DNA of 64,000 nucleotides from Phycisphaerae bacterium (GTDB taxonomy: Bacteria > Planctomycetota > Phycisphaerae > UBA1845), in NCBI GenBank assembly GCA_035356615.1, contig DAOQSN010000001.1:259254-323253 (forward strand), given 5' to 3'. Position 1 is the first letter of the stretch, and every line of letters starts with the position of its first letter. The translations under genes were made by a program, and so were the position numbers. Positions 10,684 to 21,824 of this stretch are shown here, in pieces. The notes below the pieces were generated by a model. The model saw only the letters and a program-made list of their open reading frames with translations, was not told the DNA's origin and made no database searches.

Positions 10684-10944
10684 GTTTCCGCCCGGAGGGC
10701 GCGCGATGGTTGCCAGGGACTTTCAGTCCCTGGATGCCGATCCACCCTCCCTCCTCCTTCTTCCTTTCGCCCGGAGGGCGGGCGAGCGTTGCCAGGGACT
10801 TCGAGTCCCTGGGTGCCGAACAACCTCCTTCCTCCTTCTTCTTCCCTTCGCCCGGAGGGCGCACGATGGTTGCCAGGGACTTCCAGTCCCTGGACGCCGA
10901 GCACCCCCTCCTTCTTCTTCCTTTCGCCCGGAGGGCGAACGGGT
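10684..10944 (+). repeat. REP cluster: about 3.3 tandem units of 75-81 bp, each with hairpin CCAGGGACT-NNN-AGTCCCTGG
   Basis: Units start near 10685, 10765, 10846 and 10921, each with TTTCGCCCGGAGGGCG. Hairpins are at 10713-10733, 10792-10812 and 10873-10893. Each unit also has a polypyrimidine tract CCTCCTTCTTCC. Confidence 0.85.
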
Positions 10945-10945
10945 T

Positions 10946-11398
10946 TCACACCAGCACCTTGCTCTCGTCGAACTCGACTCCATGTCTGCGCAGCAGCTCC
11001 AGAAACTCGCTCCTGAAGTCCTGCCGCCGGTGGTGCTCCTTCTGACCGGCGATGTACGCCTCGACGGCGGGCACGGCCGACCTGCTGACCGTGAATCCAC
11101 CGTACCCCTCCTGCCAGGCAAAGCGCCCGGGCAGCGGGAAGGTCTCGTTGATCCACTTGGACGACCGGCCCTTGATCTGCTGAAGCAAGTCTGAGTGTGA
11201 CAGGTCGGCCCGGTAACGGATCAGCAGGTGGACATGATCAGGCATGCCATTGATCGTCAGCAACATGCAGCCCAAGTCACGCACAATGCCGCCCATGAAC
11301 GGGTAGAGGTGCGTCTCCCACTCGGGTGTGATGAGTCCGGTACGGTCCTTGGTACCGAAGAGCGTGTGATAGAAGTTCTGTGTCCAGGCGCCGGGCAT
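10946..11398 (-). CDS. REP-associated tyrosine transposase (RAYT, IS200/IS605 TnpA-like, HUH/Y1)
   Basis: 150-aa ORF with the HUH motif in MPDHVHLLIRY, a conserved SSKWIN, and a C-terminal YIAGQKEHH region carrying the catalytic-Tyr context. Confidence 0.85.
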   Translation of the reverse strand: MPGAWTQNFYHTLFGTKDRTGLITPEWETHLYPFMGGIVRDLGCMLLTINGMPDHVHLLIRYRADLSHSDLLQQIKGRSSKWINETFPLPGRFAWQEGYGGFTVSRSAVPAVEAYIAGQKEHHRRQDFRSEFLELLRRHGVEFDESKVLV

Positions 11399-11403
11399 GT
11401 GCT

Positions 11404-11520
11404 GTCTCCGTCCGCCCTCCGGGCGAGGGAAAGACCACAGCGGTTGCTACACTCCGGGCGAAGGAAGGACCAGAACGGTTGCTACACCATTCAGGGACTC
11501 GAGGTCCCTGGCAATCTCGG
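11404..11520 (-). repeat. REP cluster in inverted orientation
   Basis: CGCCCTCCGGGCG is the reverse complement of the left-side CGCCCGGAGGGCG. There is a hairpin CAGGGAC-TCGAG-GTCCCTG at 11492-11510. Confidence 0.75.
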
Positions 11521-11550
11521 CGCACCGTGACGCGCGCTTCGGAGCGAGCT

Positions 11551-12117
11551 TCACGGCAACTGGCCCCTCCTTAACAGTGCTGAGTGGCACCACCTGATCC
11601 TCCCGCCACCATTGAAGTTCAGCCTCGCCTGCTCGGCGGCCGCGAGGGTTTCGCGGAAACTCCGGCCCGATACGTGGAGCCTGGGCTCCGCAATCAGACA
11701 GGCGGCGCTGGGCTTCAAGGCCGCGCGGATCTCGGCAAACAGGTGCGCGGCATCGGGAATCTCGTGCACGACCGCGAAGGCCAGCGCGAAGTCGATCTGC
11801 CCCGCTAGGTCATCGAGGCAAAGAGAGGTCGGCTTGCTCACACGGGGTAGGATGCGGTCCGCGAGCCCTCGGGCGGCCGCACGCTGCTGAAGAGTTGAGA
11901 GCATTGACTCCTGAACATCGACGGCCACCACTTTCCCGCCCCGCCCCACCATGTCGGCCAGTGGGAGCGTGAAGAAGCCCAGCCCCGGGCCGATGTCCAG
12001 AACGGTCATGCCCGCCGTCACGAAGCGTCCCAGGATCTCCGCAGGCTTGTGGACCAGACGCCGCAGCCGCCCGGCCAGCAGGTAACCGATCCAATGGGGA
12101 CAGACGCGTGCGGACAT
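11551..12117 (-). CDS. Class I SAM-dependent methyltransferase
   Basis: 188-aa ORF with the motif I sequence VLDIGPGLGFF followed by an acidic VAVDV. Confidence 0.8.
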   Translation of the reverse strand: MSARVCPHWIGYLLAGRLRRLVHKPAEILGRFVTAGMTVLDIGPGLGFFTLPLADMVGRGGKVVAVDVQESMLSTLQQRAAARGLADRILPRVSKPTSLCLDDLAGQIDFALAFAVVHEIPDAAHLFAEIRAALKPSAACLIAEPRLHVSGRSFRETLAAAEQARLNFNGGGRIRWCHSALLRRGQLP

Positions 12118-12435
12118 GTCTCTCCCGAACCCAGCTGAACCCTACGCCCCGGAAATAGAAACTGGCACAGGGCGCCCGTGCCGCCGACGTGTGCCACGGC
12201 TCGTGAGCAGCGGCATGCGGGCGATCGAGCACCGCTCAACAGCAGGTAAACGGACGTGCGCGAACACGCGCCAGCGGCGGTGGGATTCGGCCGCTCCCTA
12301 ACGGTCGCGGTTCGGATCACTGGCGCCGAATCGCGCACGGTGGTTTACATGCTTGCGGCGTCGTGCGCCGAGGGTGGCGTGCCTTGCTGCGACCACCGTG
12401 GTGAGCAAGCACGCCTGTGCCCCAGGAGGCGCGTT

Positions 12436-12510
12436 CGCCTCCGGTACCCTCACCCCTGCCCCTCTCCCTGCGAGGGAGAGGGGTTCATACGCCGCACGCC
12501 AGACGCGCGC
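12436..12510. repeat. Repeat family C, copy C1 (CCCTCACCCCTGCCCCTCTCCC..GGGAGAGGGGT hairpin plus ACGCCGCACGCCAG tail)
   Basis: About 75 bp matching 55070-55142. A degenerate half-copy of family A (GGGTGGCGTGCCTTGCT..AGCAAGCACGCC) lies just upstream at 12371-12416. Confidence 0.75.
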
Positions 12511-12577
12511 AAGGACGGCGGCACACCCGGGAATCGGACGGTGCACCCGGGAATCGGGCGGCGCGCCGCGGCGCCGA

Positions 12578-14229
<1,652 letters not shown>

Positions 14230-14233
<4 letters not shown>

Positions 14234-15447
14234 AACCAGTCTCTCACCAGTTTGCGGTCGCCGAGGTAAAGCTCCTTCGGCGCGCTAGGATCAAGGGCCC
14301 AATTGATGCGTTCGATGCCTTCGGTAATGTCCTTGATGGTGCCGCAGTAGCTCAGGCGCAGGTAGCCGTCCATCCCGAACTCAATGCCGGGCATCACGGC
14401 CACCAGCACCTTGTTAAGCAGCAGATCCGCCAGGCGGGCGGAACTCTTGTCGAACGCGGAGAAGTCGGCAAAGCAGTAGAAGGTACCGTCGGGCTTGGTG
14501 ACCCGCACCCCAGCGAACGACTGCAAGCGTTCCATCATGACGTTGCGGTTGTTCTCGAGGGTGGTGCGCAGGGCGGCCACGCTGGCCTGCGGCCCGTTGA
14601 GCGCCGCGAGGGCCGCCTGCTGCATGACCACCGACGGGCCGGACGTCTGATGGCCCTGAATGTTGGTCATCACTTTGATCAGCGCCTTGTTCGCCACCGC
14701 CCAGCCGATGCGGAAGCCCGTCATCGCGTACTGTTTGGAAACACCGTTGACAACGATGAGCTTGGAGTCGTCGCCCGTCTTCTTGGCGTACTTGTAGCTA
14801 CTGACGGGCTGGCGACCGTCGAAGATGAGCCGGTGGTAGATGTCATCCATAATGAGATAGACATCGCGCTTCTCACACAGCTCGACGGTCTCGGCGATGA
14901 ACTGCTCGGAGTACATCGCCCCCGACGGATTGTTCGGGCTGTTGAGCATGACTGCCCGCGTCCGCGGCCCCATCTTCGACTCGAGGTCCCGGATGCTCGG
15001 ATAGAAGGAGCCGTCCTTGGGCACCACGGGCACGGGCACGGCCGCGCAGAGCTTGGCCATCTCCGGGTAGCTGACCCAGTACGGCACCGTGAAGATCAGC
15101 TCATCCTGTGGATTCAGGATGGCCTGCAGAGCCACCATGATCGACTGCTTGGCCCCGCCGGAGGCAATGACGTTCGCCGGCGTCACCGTGTGCCCATAAA
15201 ACTCCTCCGTGTAACGCACGATCGCCTGCTTGAGCGGGAGAATGCCGCCTGCGGGCGTGTAGCGCACTTCCGCGGACTCCAGCAGGTTGGCGACCGCAAC
15301 CAGCGCTTCGAGCGGCGCCTTGCTCTTCGGCTCGCCGCCGCCCAGATGGATGAGCGGTTCGCCCTTGGCCTGCATCGCAGCGGCCGTCTGATTGAGCTTC
15401 AGGGTGGCCGACTCACTGATCGTCTGCGCAATGTGGCTGATGCTCAT
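14230..15447 (-). CDS. Pyridoxal-phosphate-dependent aminotransferase, class I (aspartate aminotransferase-like)
   Basis: The translation from the internal ATG at 15447 starts MSISHIAQTISESATLKLN. It has the PLP-lysine context NGVSKQYAMTGFRIG. Its TGA overlaps the pckA ATG (ATGA), suggesting an operon. Confidence 0.88.
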
Positions 15448-15766
15448 GGCTTTACCCCTGGGACACTCGCCCAGCCCCGCATCCGCAACCGCCCCGGCCG
15501 CGACCCGCTGGACGCCCGCAAGTGGTCCCGCAACCCGACCGCGGCCGGAATCCGACCGGCAAGTCGGAAAGGAGTCCTCCTCAGCAAGACGCGGACCAGA
15601 GCGCGCCCTCTTGCAGCCCCTCCGGATGGTAGAGGGACCACGCGGGTGCCGTTGCATAGTCGCCGCCGGGGCGACTGATGGCCCCTTCCCTTTGGTGGCC
15701 GCGGACCCGCAGGGTACACTCCAGCGGCCGGCGACGCACCGCTGCCGGACTGCCGGATTGGGTCGC

Positions 15767-16081
15767 ATGGCCTGGATCAGACTGCTGTCGCTGGAGGAGT
15801 GTCGCCCAGGCCGGGGTACGTTCGTAGAGGCGGCCGGCCGCAAGCTGGCCGTGTTCCTTCACGGCGCGCCGCCCCGACCGGCCGTCATCGACAGCACCTG
15901 TCCCCATGCCGGCGGCAACCTGGCGGGCGGCACCGTCGAGGCCGGCACGGTCTCCTGCCCCTGGCACCAGTGGACCTTCGACCTGACGACCGGGGCCTGC
16001 ACGCACAATCGCCTGGCACGGGTGCGGACGTACCCGGCCGAGGTCCGGGACGCAGCCGTCTGGGCTGACCTACCAGGGTAG
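15767..16081 (+). CDS. Rieske [2Fe-2S] domain protein, NirD-like small subunit
   Basis: 104 aa from the internal ATG. The two Rieske boxes CPHAGG and CPWHQW are spaced as in NirD-like proteins. Confidence 0.75.
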   Translation: MAWIRLLSLEECRPGRGTFVEAAGRKLAVFLHGAPPRPAVIDSTCPHAGGNLAGGTVEAGTVSCPWHQWTFDLTTGACTHNRLARVRTYPAEVRDAAVWADLPG

Positions 16082-16122
16082 GAACGTTGTGACCGGGCAC
16101 GACCGGGCATACGATTGGCGTC

Positions 16123-18057
16123 GTGACCGATGATGCAGCCACTGGGCGTATCGGCCGATCGTCGCCGGTTCCCGCGCCGGCAGGCGCGGCCCTATGGTGT
16201 GCCGCTGCCGCGAGCGTGGTCGGGGCGGCCGCGATTCTGGACGGCCGGGTCGCCAGCTTGGTCGCCTACCGATTCGTCCCCTACCTGGCACCGCGGGTCT
16301 GGCCGGTGTACGTGCTTCCCGTCGCGGCCGCCATCGCCGTCGGCGTGTGCATCTGGCTCTCGCGGCGCCGGCCGGTCAACGAACTGCCGGTCCCTGTCGG
16401 ACGTGGGGGTCCGCACCCAGCTCTGCCTGCACTCGCCGCCGCCCTGGTTCCCCTTGCCGCATGGTTTGGATCGACGGCACCGCCGCCGAATTCCGCAGGC
16501 CCCAGCGCCACCGGCGACCTCGCGTGGTGGCCGGTGTGCCTTGCCATCACAGGCATCGTTTGGAGCATTCGCCTTTTGAGGACAGGCGGGGCAAGCAGTG
16601 TACGATCGTCCCGGTTCGCCGACATCGTCACCCCGATCGGACTGGCGGTCGCGATCGTCGCGTCCACTGTCTACCACGCTGCAACACAGCATAATTTCTG
16701 GCAACACTTCATGCTTGGGTATGGCGACTTCGGGTTCTATGTTGCCGAACTCGAGCAGTGCCTCCCGTGGAAGGAAGTTGGAACGGGGAGGCTCGCGGAC
16801 ACGGGCATGGCGTATCACGCCATCCCATTGTTCTACCTGCTGTTGCCGTTCTACGCCGTCTGCCGATCGCCGGTCTTCCTGATGGTGGTCGGGCCTCTGT
16901 TCGTGAATCTGCCGGCGGCGGCGTTCTACTGGCTGGTGCGGCGGCGGACGGGGTCCGCGCTGGCCGGGCTGGGCGTGGGGCTGGCGTGGTTACTGCTGCC
17001 GTCGGTGTCGCGGCTGCCCTATGCGAATACCTACGGGTTCCAGGTGATCTACCTGGCCCTGCCGTTCATCGCCCTGACAATCGCGTTTGCTCATCTGGGG
17101 CACTGGCGGTGGTCCTGTGTGTGCCTGGTCCTGGCCGTGCTGTGCAAGGAGACTGCGTGCGGGTTCGCACTGGGTTGGGGAATCTACGCAGCGGTGGTGC
17201 TGAAGCGGCGGCGGGCGGGACTGGTCATCGCGGTGGCGGCCGTCGTGTACGCGGCTTTGGCGATTGGACTGATCGCTCCGGCATTTGCCGGCGCGGGGCA
17301 GCGCTCGAGGGTCGAGCTGTTCGGCGTGCTGGGCGCAGGTGAGGTATTGGCCCGGCTGGCGCGGCCGCGCGTGTGGCTCTTCATCCTCACGCTGCTAGCG
17401 CCGCTTGCGGCCGTCATGGGTCGGCACTGGCGCCTGGCGCTGGCCGCCTTGCCCACCCTGCTGCTGGTGAGCCTGATCCAGGAGCCCGACTACCTGAACC
17501 TGAAGTACTGGCACCACAGTTCGATCCTGCCGGCCTTGTTCGGCGCGGCCGCCCTGGGGGTGTCATGGCGTGGCACCAATGCCGCCGCGTCCGGTGTTAC
17601 CGAGCGTAGCAGCGGGCGAGGGTGCGGCACTGGTGTTCTTGCGTTGCTCATCGGCGTCGCCTTGAGCCATCAACTGTTCGGGTTCTCGCCACTCGCGCAG
17701 GCGCACCGCCAGTATGCCGCGGACCCGGTGCTGCAAGCGCCTGACCCACGGCTTGCGGTCGTCGAGCACCTGCGGGCACGGCTGCCGAAGCACCTGACCA
17801 TCGTTGCCAGTGAGCGTCTGGCGGCGCACTTCACCGATTACCGGCGCGTGCAATCCCTCAGCCGGATCGCCCAGGCGCCTCCGCCGGACGGGTGGGACCT
17901 GGCCGTGCTGGATCGCCGAGACACCTGGGATCCGGTGATGCGACAGGTCGGCGCGGACGCCGTGGGCGCGCAGCTCATCGCCGTCGGCTACCGGCAGTTG
18001 CTGGCGACGCAAGGCATCGAGGTCTACCTGCTGCCGCATGGCGGGTCTTCGCCGTGA
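16123..18057 (+). CDS. Large polytopic membrane protein, DUF2079-like (GT-C-type fold suspected)
   Basis: 644-aa ORF with a GTG start and at least 12 hydrophobic segments. A GYGDFGFYVAELEQ loop resembles the DUF2079 signature. The family assignment is from memory only. Confidence 0.6.
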   Translation: MTDDAATGRIGRSSPVPAPAGAALWCAAAASVVGAAAILDGRVASLVAYRFVPYLAPRVWPVYVLPVAAAIAVGVCIWLSRRRPVNELPVPVGRGGPHPALPALAAALVPLAAWFGSTAPPPNSAGPSATGDLAWWPVCLAITGIVWSIRLLRTGGASSVRSSRFADIVTPIGLAVAIVASTVYHAATQHNFWQHFMLGYGDFGFYVAELEQCLPWKEVGTGRLADTGMAYHAIPLFYLLLPFYAVCRSPVFLMVVGPLFVNLPAAAFYWLVRRRTGSALAGLGVGLAWLLLPSVSRLPYANTYGFQVIYLALPFIALTIAFAHLGHWRWSCVCLVLAVLCKETACGFALGWGIYAAVVLKRRRAGLVIAVAAVVYAALAIGLIAPAFAGAGQRSRVELFGVLGAGEVLARLARPRVWLFILTLLAPLAAVMGRHWRLALAALPTLLLVSLIQEPDYLNLKYWHHSSILPALFGAAALGVSWRGTNAAASGVTERSSGRGCGTGVLALLIGVALSHQLFGFSPLAQAHRQYAADPVLQAPDPRLAVVEHLRARLPKHLTIVASERLAAHFTDYRRVQSLSRIAQAPPPDGWDLAVLDRRDTWDPVMRQVGADAVGAQLIAVGYRQLLATQGIEVYLLPHGGSSP

Positions 18058-18731
18058 CGCGGCAGACACTGGTCAAGATCTGCGGCATCACGACGGCCGA
18101 CGACGCCTGTATGGCGGTCGAGGCGGGCGCGGACCTCATCGGGCTGAACCTGGTCGCGGGGCCCCGGCGCGTCACACTCGCGGTCGCCGAGCGTATCCTG
18201 GCCGTCATGCCGGACAGCGCGAACCGGGCGGTGTTGCTGCTGAGGCTGCGCGCGGGGCGACTCACCGCTGCCGGCGGGCAGCTTCTGGCGAGCCATCCTG
18301 GCCTGCACGTGCAACTCTACGGGGACATTTCCCCACCCGCCGTCATCGAGCTGGGTCGCGAAGGGGTACGCTGCATCCTGGTCCACCACGTCGAGTCGGA
18401 AGACTCGTTCAACAGCGTACGCCGGACGCTCGAGGCCTGTGCCGGGCATGCGCCCGCCTACGTACTGCTGGACGCCGGCGTTCCCGGCCGGCTCGGCGGC
18501 ACCGGAACGAAGGCGGATTGGGACGCGATTGCCGAAGCGCGTGGCCGCGGCGTCTTCGACGGTTGGCCGCCGCTGCTGCTGGCCGGCGGGCTGACGCCGG
18601 ACAACGTCGCCCAGGCCGTACGCCGCGCGCAACCGGCGGGCGTCGACGTCAGTTCCGGCGTCGAATGCGCTCCAGGATGCAAGGACCGCGCCAAGGTGCG
18701 GGCATTCATCGAGGCGGTACGGGGAAGATAG
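18054..18731 (+). CDS. trpF: Phosphoribosylanthranilate isomerase
   Basis: VTRQTLVKICGITTADDACMAVEAGADLIGLN is a typical TrpF N-terminus. The C-terminus has GVDVSSGVE. The GTG start overlaps the upstream TGA (GTGA). Confidence 0.85.
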   Translation: MTRQTLVKICGITTADDACMAVEAGADLIGLNLVAGPRRVTLAVAERILAVMPDSANRAVLLLRLRAGRLTAAGGQLLASHPGLHVQLYGDISPPAVIELGREGVRCILVHHVESEDSFNSVRRTLEACAGHAPAYVLLDAGVPGRLGGTGTKADWDAIAEARGRGVFDGWPPLLLAGGLTPDNVAQAVRRAQPAGVDVSSGVECAPGCKDRAKVRAFIEAVRGR

Positions 18732-18745
18732 CCAGGCACGTCGCG

Positions 18746-18830
18746 GTGCAGGTGCGCTGTCGCTGCCCCAATGACCATCGGGAACAAGGTGCAGGTGCGC
18801 TGCCGCAGCGCCAATGGCCATTGGGAACAG
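18746..18830 (+). repeat. Tandem duplication, 2 x 42-43 bp (GTGCAGGTGCGCTG..CCAATGGCCATTGGGAACAG)
   Basis: Two adjacent units were read directly. The second contains the perfect 14-nt palindrome CCAATGGCCATTGG. The pair abuts repeat A1. Confidence 0.8.
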
Positions 18831-18918
18831 GGTGGCATGGCCGCGCCGCCATGCCTGCTCGCACACTGCAACTCGCTGCCCCCGAAGCATGCCGGCGCCT
18901 TCGGCTTGGGCATGCCGC
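18830..18918 (+). repeat. MITE-like palindromic repeat family A, copy A1 (internally shortened)
   Basis: Reads GGTGGCATGGCC..GCCGCCATGCC ... CATGCCGGCGCCTTCGGCTTGGGCATGCC. It lies between convergent trpF and the FG-GAP gene. Confidence 0.8.
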
Positions 18919-18938
18919 CCCCTTCGGATCGCTTCGGT

Positions 18939-20441
18939 TCAGCGCGGCGGGCGACGCGTGTTGCGAAACCAGACCAAGGCGTCGTTGCTCAGGCCGCTCA
19001 GGCCGCTACGGTCAAGGGTCACGATGATGTCGTTGGCGCCGTCGCCGTCGAGGTCGGCCACGATGATGGAGTTCATCGACGTGCCGCCGGCGATCTGCTG
19101 GGGCGCGACGTTCGGGTCGGTGGTGGCCGGGACATTGGAGTTCTCGTCCGCCGGGACGTCGTCAATGACCAGATCCTCCAGCCACTGGTCGTAGACACTG
19201 GGGCCCGTCTGCGAATCGAAGAAGGCCAGCCCGCCCTGCGCACCGACGATGACCTCCAGGTAGCCGTCGAAGTTCAGGTCGCCCAGGGCGATGGCTTCCG
19301 GCGGGCGCTGCGTGAACTCCGCCAGCGTGTAGACCTGCCAGGGGATGTTGCGCACCGGCTCGCTCGTCGGGGTCTGCGGGCCCTTGTACCACTGGATGAT
19401 CGCCCCGTCGGTCGAACGCACGACGACGTCGGCGATCCCGTCACGGTCCATATCGCCGACGCGCATGATGTCCGCCTCGGTGGCCAGTTGTCCCACGATC
19501 CCCACGTGCCACGCGCCGTCCGAGACGTGGTAGTCATCGACTACGTCAATCCTCGGATTGCGGAACCAGCGGACGTTCATGGTCCCGGCGTCGGGGCGGG
19601 TGGCCAACACGTCCAGATCGCCGTCGCCGTCGATGTCAGCAAGTGCCACGCTCTTGACACTTCCCTGCGGATAGCCGTCGGGCACCGGCTCGACCCGCCA
19701 CGTGCCATCTCGACACGCCACCCGACCGAGGTTCGTGAACAGCAGTATCTCGCTGCCATCCAGTTCGCACGCGGAGTTCCAGGCCGCCACGATATCCGGC
19801 GCGCCATCGCCGCCCACGTCACCCACCGTGAAACTCGTGTAGCCGCCCTCCTCCGGCAACGCATCGCTCACACCCGCCCCCGCCAGCAGCGACACGCCGA
19901 CGGCCACCTCCTCCCACGCCAAGGCCTGGTTCACCCGGCGGGCATCGGCCGGACCAAAGTACACAATAATCAATCCGCTCAGGGCAGCGTCGCTCGGGTT
20001 ACCGTTCAGGCATGCCGCCCCGGCAAGCAGGCTTTGCTTGACCAGCACGGCCACGTCCAGCCGACCGTCCACGTCGAAGTCCGCCACCGCCAGACCGGCC
20101 ACGGAGACAACCGGGATGCTGCCGGCCAGCGTGATCGTCTCGAAGACGATGCCGCCGTCCGCCCCGGCGCGCTGCAGGTGAATCTGCACGGGCTCCGACT
20201 GGTTCCAGGCGGACACGAGGTCCAACCTGCCGTTGCCGTCCAGGTCGGCCGCCACCACGAACTGTGGGCCGGCGGAGTCCTCCGCGCGCGGGTCAACCTG
20301 CACGGCCGTGAAAGTGCTTAGCGTTCGACCGGTCGCCAGGAAGTCCCCCCCGCTGTACCAGGCGTCCGGATTGCAGCCGGTAGCCGCGAGAAGAACGAAG
20401 AAGACGGCCGGTATCCACCGCGCACGTGTTGCTGAGACCAT
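18939..20441 (-). CDS. FG-GAP/VCBS repeat lipoprotein (integrin-alpha-like beta-propeller)
   Basis: Lipobox LLAATGC follows the signal peptide. Seven Ca-binding-type DxDxDG repeats are present: DLDGNGRLD, DFDVDGRLD, GDVGGDGAPD, DIDGDGDLD, DMDRDGIAD, DLNFDGYLE and DLDGDGAND. Confidence 0.85.
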   Translation of the reverse strand: MVSATRARWIPAVFFVLLAATGCNPDAWYSGGDFLATGRTLSTFTAVQVDPRAEDSAGPQFVVAADLDGNGRLDLVSAWNQSEPVQIHLQRAGADGGIVFETITLAGSIPVVSVAGLAVADFDVDGRLDVAVLVKQSLLAGAACLNGNPSDAALSGLIIVYFGPADARRVNQALAWEEVAVGVSLLAGAGVSDALPEEGGYTSFTVGDVGGDGAPDIVAAWNSACELDGSEILLFTNLGRVACRDGTWRVEPVPDGYPQGSVKSVALADIDGDGDLDVLATRPDAGTMNVRWFRNPRIDVVDDYHVSDGAWHVGIVGQLATEADIMRVGDMDRDGIADVVVRSTDGAIIQWYKGPQTPTSEPVRNIPWQVYTLAEFTQRPPEAIALGDLNFDGYLEVIVGAQGGLAFFDSQTGPSVYDQWLEDLVIDDVPADENSNVPATTDPNVAPQQIAGGTSMNSIIVADLDGDGANDIIVTLDRSGLSGLSNDALVWFRNTRRPPR

Positions 20442-20919
20442 CGCAAGACCCCTTGCTGGGCGACTGCGCCGCAACGCCCGGGCAGCGCCACTGCCCGGCC
20501 GGCGACGCCTGTTATCCGCGCGCAGCCCCAATGCCTTGGGACTGACGCCGTGCCCGTGTTATCGGCTCTGCACGGGTCGGGCTTTGGAACCCGCTCCACG
20601 AGGTTGGAGCCGCGGGGCAGCACGCCCTGCTGTCGCCGCAGCGTCGGAACCCGCGTCCGCGAGAAGAGCCCGTAGAAGAAGTAGCGTCGGCCCCCCACGG
20701 CCGACGTGGAGGCGGCCATACGCCCCGGTCTACGCGGCCGCCAGCCCGGCCCGGGAGCCCTGCAACAGGGTGCCGGCTCGGTTGGTAACGGGGTGCCGCG
20801 CGGAGGTGTCCGGTTCCGCTCGACAGCCGATACGCATGTCTCGAAAACGCGCGCAACGGGGCACTTTCGAGAGCAGGCGTGCGGGGGTGACGGTGAGGGA
20901 GCTGCCACTGACCGCAGCG

Positions 20920-21474
20920 TTATTGGTGCAACAGCGCTAGAACCTCGCTGCGGGTGCGGGCATCGCTGCGGCAGCGGCCGCGGACGGCCGAGGTCACCAT
21001 CGTGGCCCCCGCCTTCTTAACACCGCGGCACGTCATGCAGGTGTGGACCGCGAACACCACGACGGCCACCCCCTTCGCCCCCAACTTGTCCACCAGCAGG
21101 TCGGCGATCTGGGACGTGAGGCGTTCCTGCATTTGCGGTCGGCGGGCGAACGTCTCGACCACGCGAGCGAGCTTCGAGAGGCCACAAACCTTGCCGTCGG
21201 GGATGTAGGCCACGTGGGCCTTGCCCTCGAAGGGCATCAGGTGATGCTCACACATGGAGTTGAACGGGATGTCGCGCAGAACGACCAACTCGTCGTACTG
21301 CTCGGTGAAGCTGGCCTGGAGGTACTGGGCAGGGTCCACCTGCAGGCCGCTGAAGACTTCCTCGTACATGCGTGCCACCCGTCGAGGGGTGTCCTTGAGG
21401 CCCTCGCGTTCGGGGTCCTCGCCGACGGCCACGAGGATCTCCCGCACGGCTTTCTCGATTCGCTGAAGGTCCAT
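20920..21474 (-). CDS. folE: GTP cyclohydrolase I
   Basis: 184 aa from the internal ATG. It carries [24 protein letters not shown] and [10 protein letters not shown] (zinc and active-site motifs). Confidence 0.92.
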   Translation of the reverse strand: MDLQRIEKAVREILVAVGEDPEREGLKDTPRRVARMYEEVFSGLQVDPAQYLQASFTEQYDELVVLRDIPFNSMCEHHLMPFEGKAHVAYIPDGKVCGLSKLARVVETFARRPQMQERLTSQIADLLVDKLGAKGVAVVVFAVHTCMTCRGVKKAGATMVTSAVRGRCRSDARTRSEVLALLHQ

Positions 21475-21570
21475 GACGATACAGGATACCCCCGGCGCCA
21501 GGGGCAGGCAAAGGGCCGGACGGGGCAGGTTCAGTTGCTCCATTTCACAGGGGAACCGACCGCCGGCGGA

Positions 21571-21673
21571 GGGTGGCATGGCCAAGCGCAGCGCCGCCAT
21601 GCCCTCCCGCACACCGGACGGTTTGGTCTGCCGCAGCATGCCGGTGCCTTCGGCTTGGGCAGTGCACCCTCCC
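21571..21673 (+). repeat. Repeat family A, copy A2
   Basis: Reads GGGTGGCATGGCCAAGCGCAGCGCCGCCATGCC ...CATGCCGGTGCCTTCGGCTTGGGCAGTGCACCC. It sits in the divergent folE / acetoacetyl-CoA synthetase spacer. Confidence 0.85.
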
Positions 21674-21824
21674 GGGTCCCCAACTCCGTGGTCCTGCTGG
21701 GCGCCCGCCGGGAGTGCCCGTTCGTTGACGCATCGGTGGTCCCCGCCCAGAATGTCTCTCGCATCGACCGGACATCGGTGCCCCGCTCGCGGGCACCCGC
21801 ACGCTGAAGGGAGCGAAGCCAGCG

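Larger units (their letters stand above)
10684..11520 (-). mobile_element. RAYT locus: IS200/IS605-type Y1 transposase flanked by inverted REP clusters
   Basis: 3.3 direct REP units lie on the left and an inverted, degenerate REP pair on the right of the transposase gene. Confidence 0.75.

Noticed and set aside
10792-10812. Resemblance of the REP unit 2 hairpin (GGGACTTCGAGTCCC) to a tRNA T-arm.
   Set aside because: Only one of three units has the TCG loop. There is no acceptor, D-arm or anticodon arm around it, so the match is coincidental.
10684-10944. Possible CRISPR array, because of regularly spaced hairpin repeats.
   Set aside because: The inter-hairpin segments are themselves conserved between units, so there are no unique spacers. 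Unit length is about 80 bp and no cas genes are present. The array abuts a RAYT gene, so it is a REP cluster.
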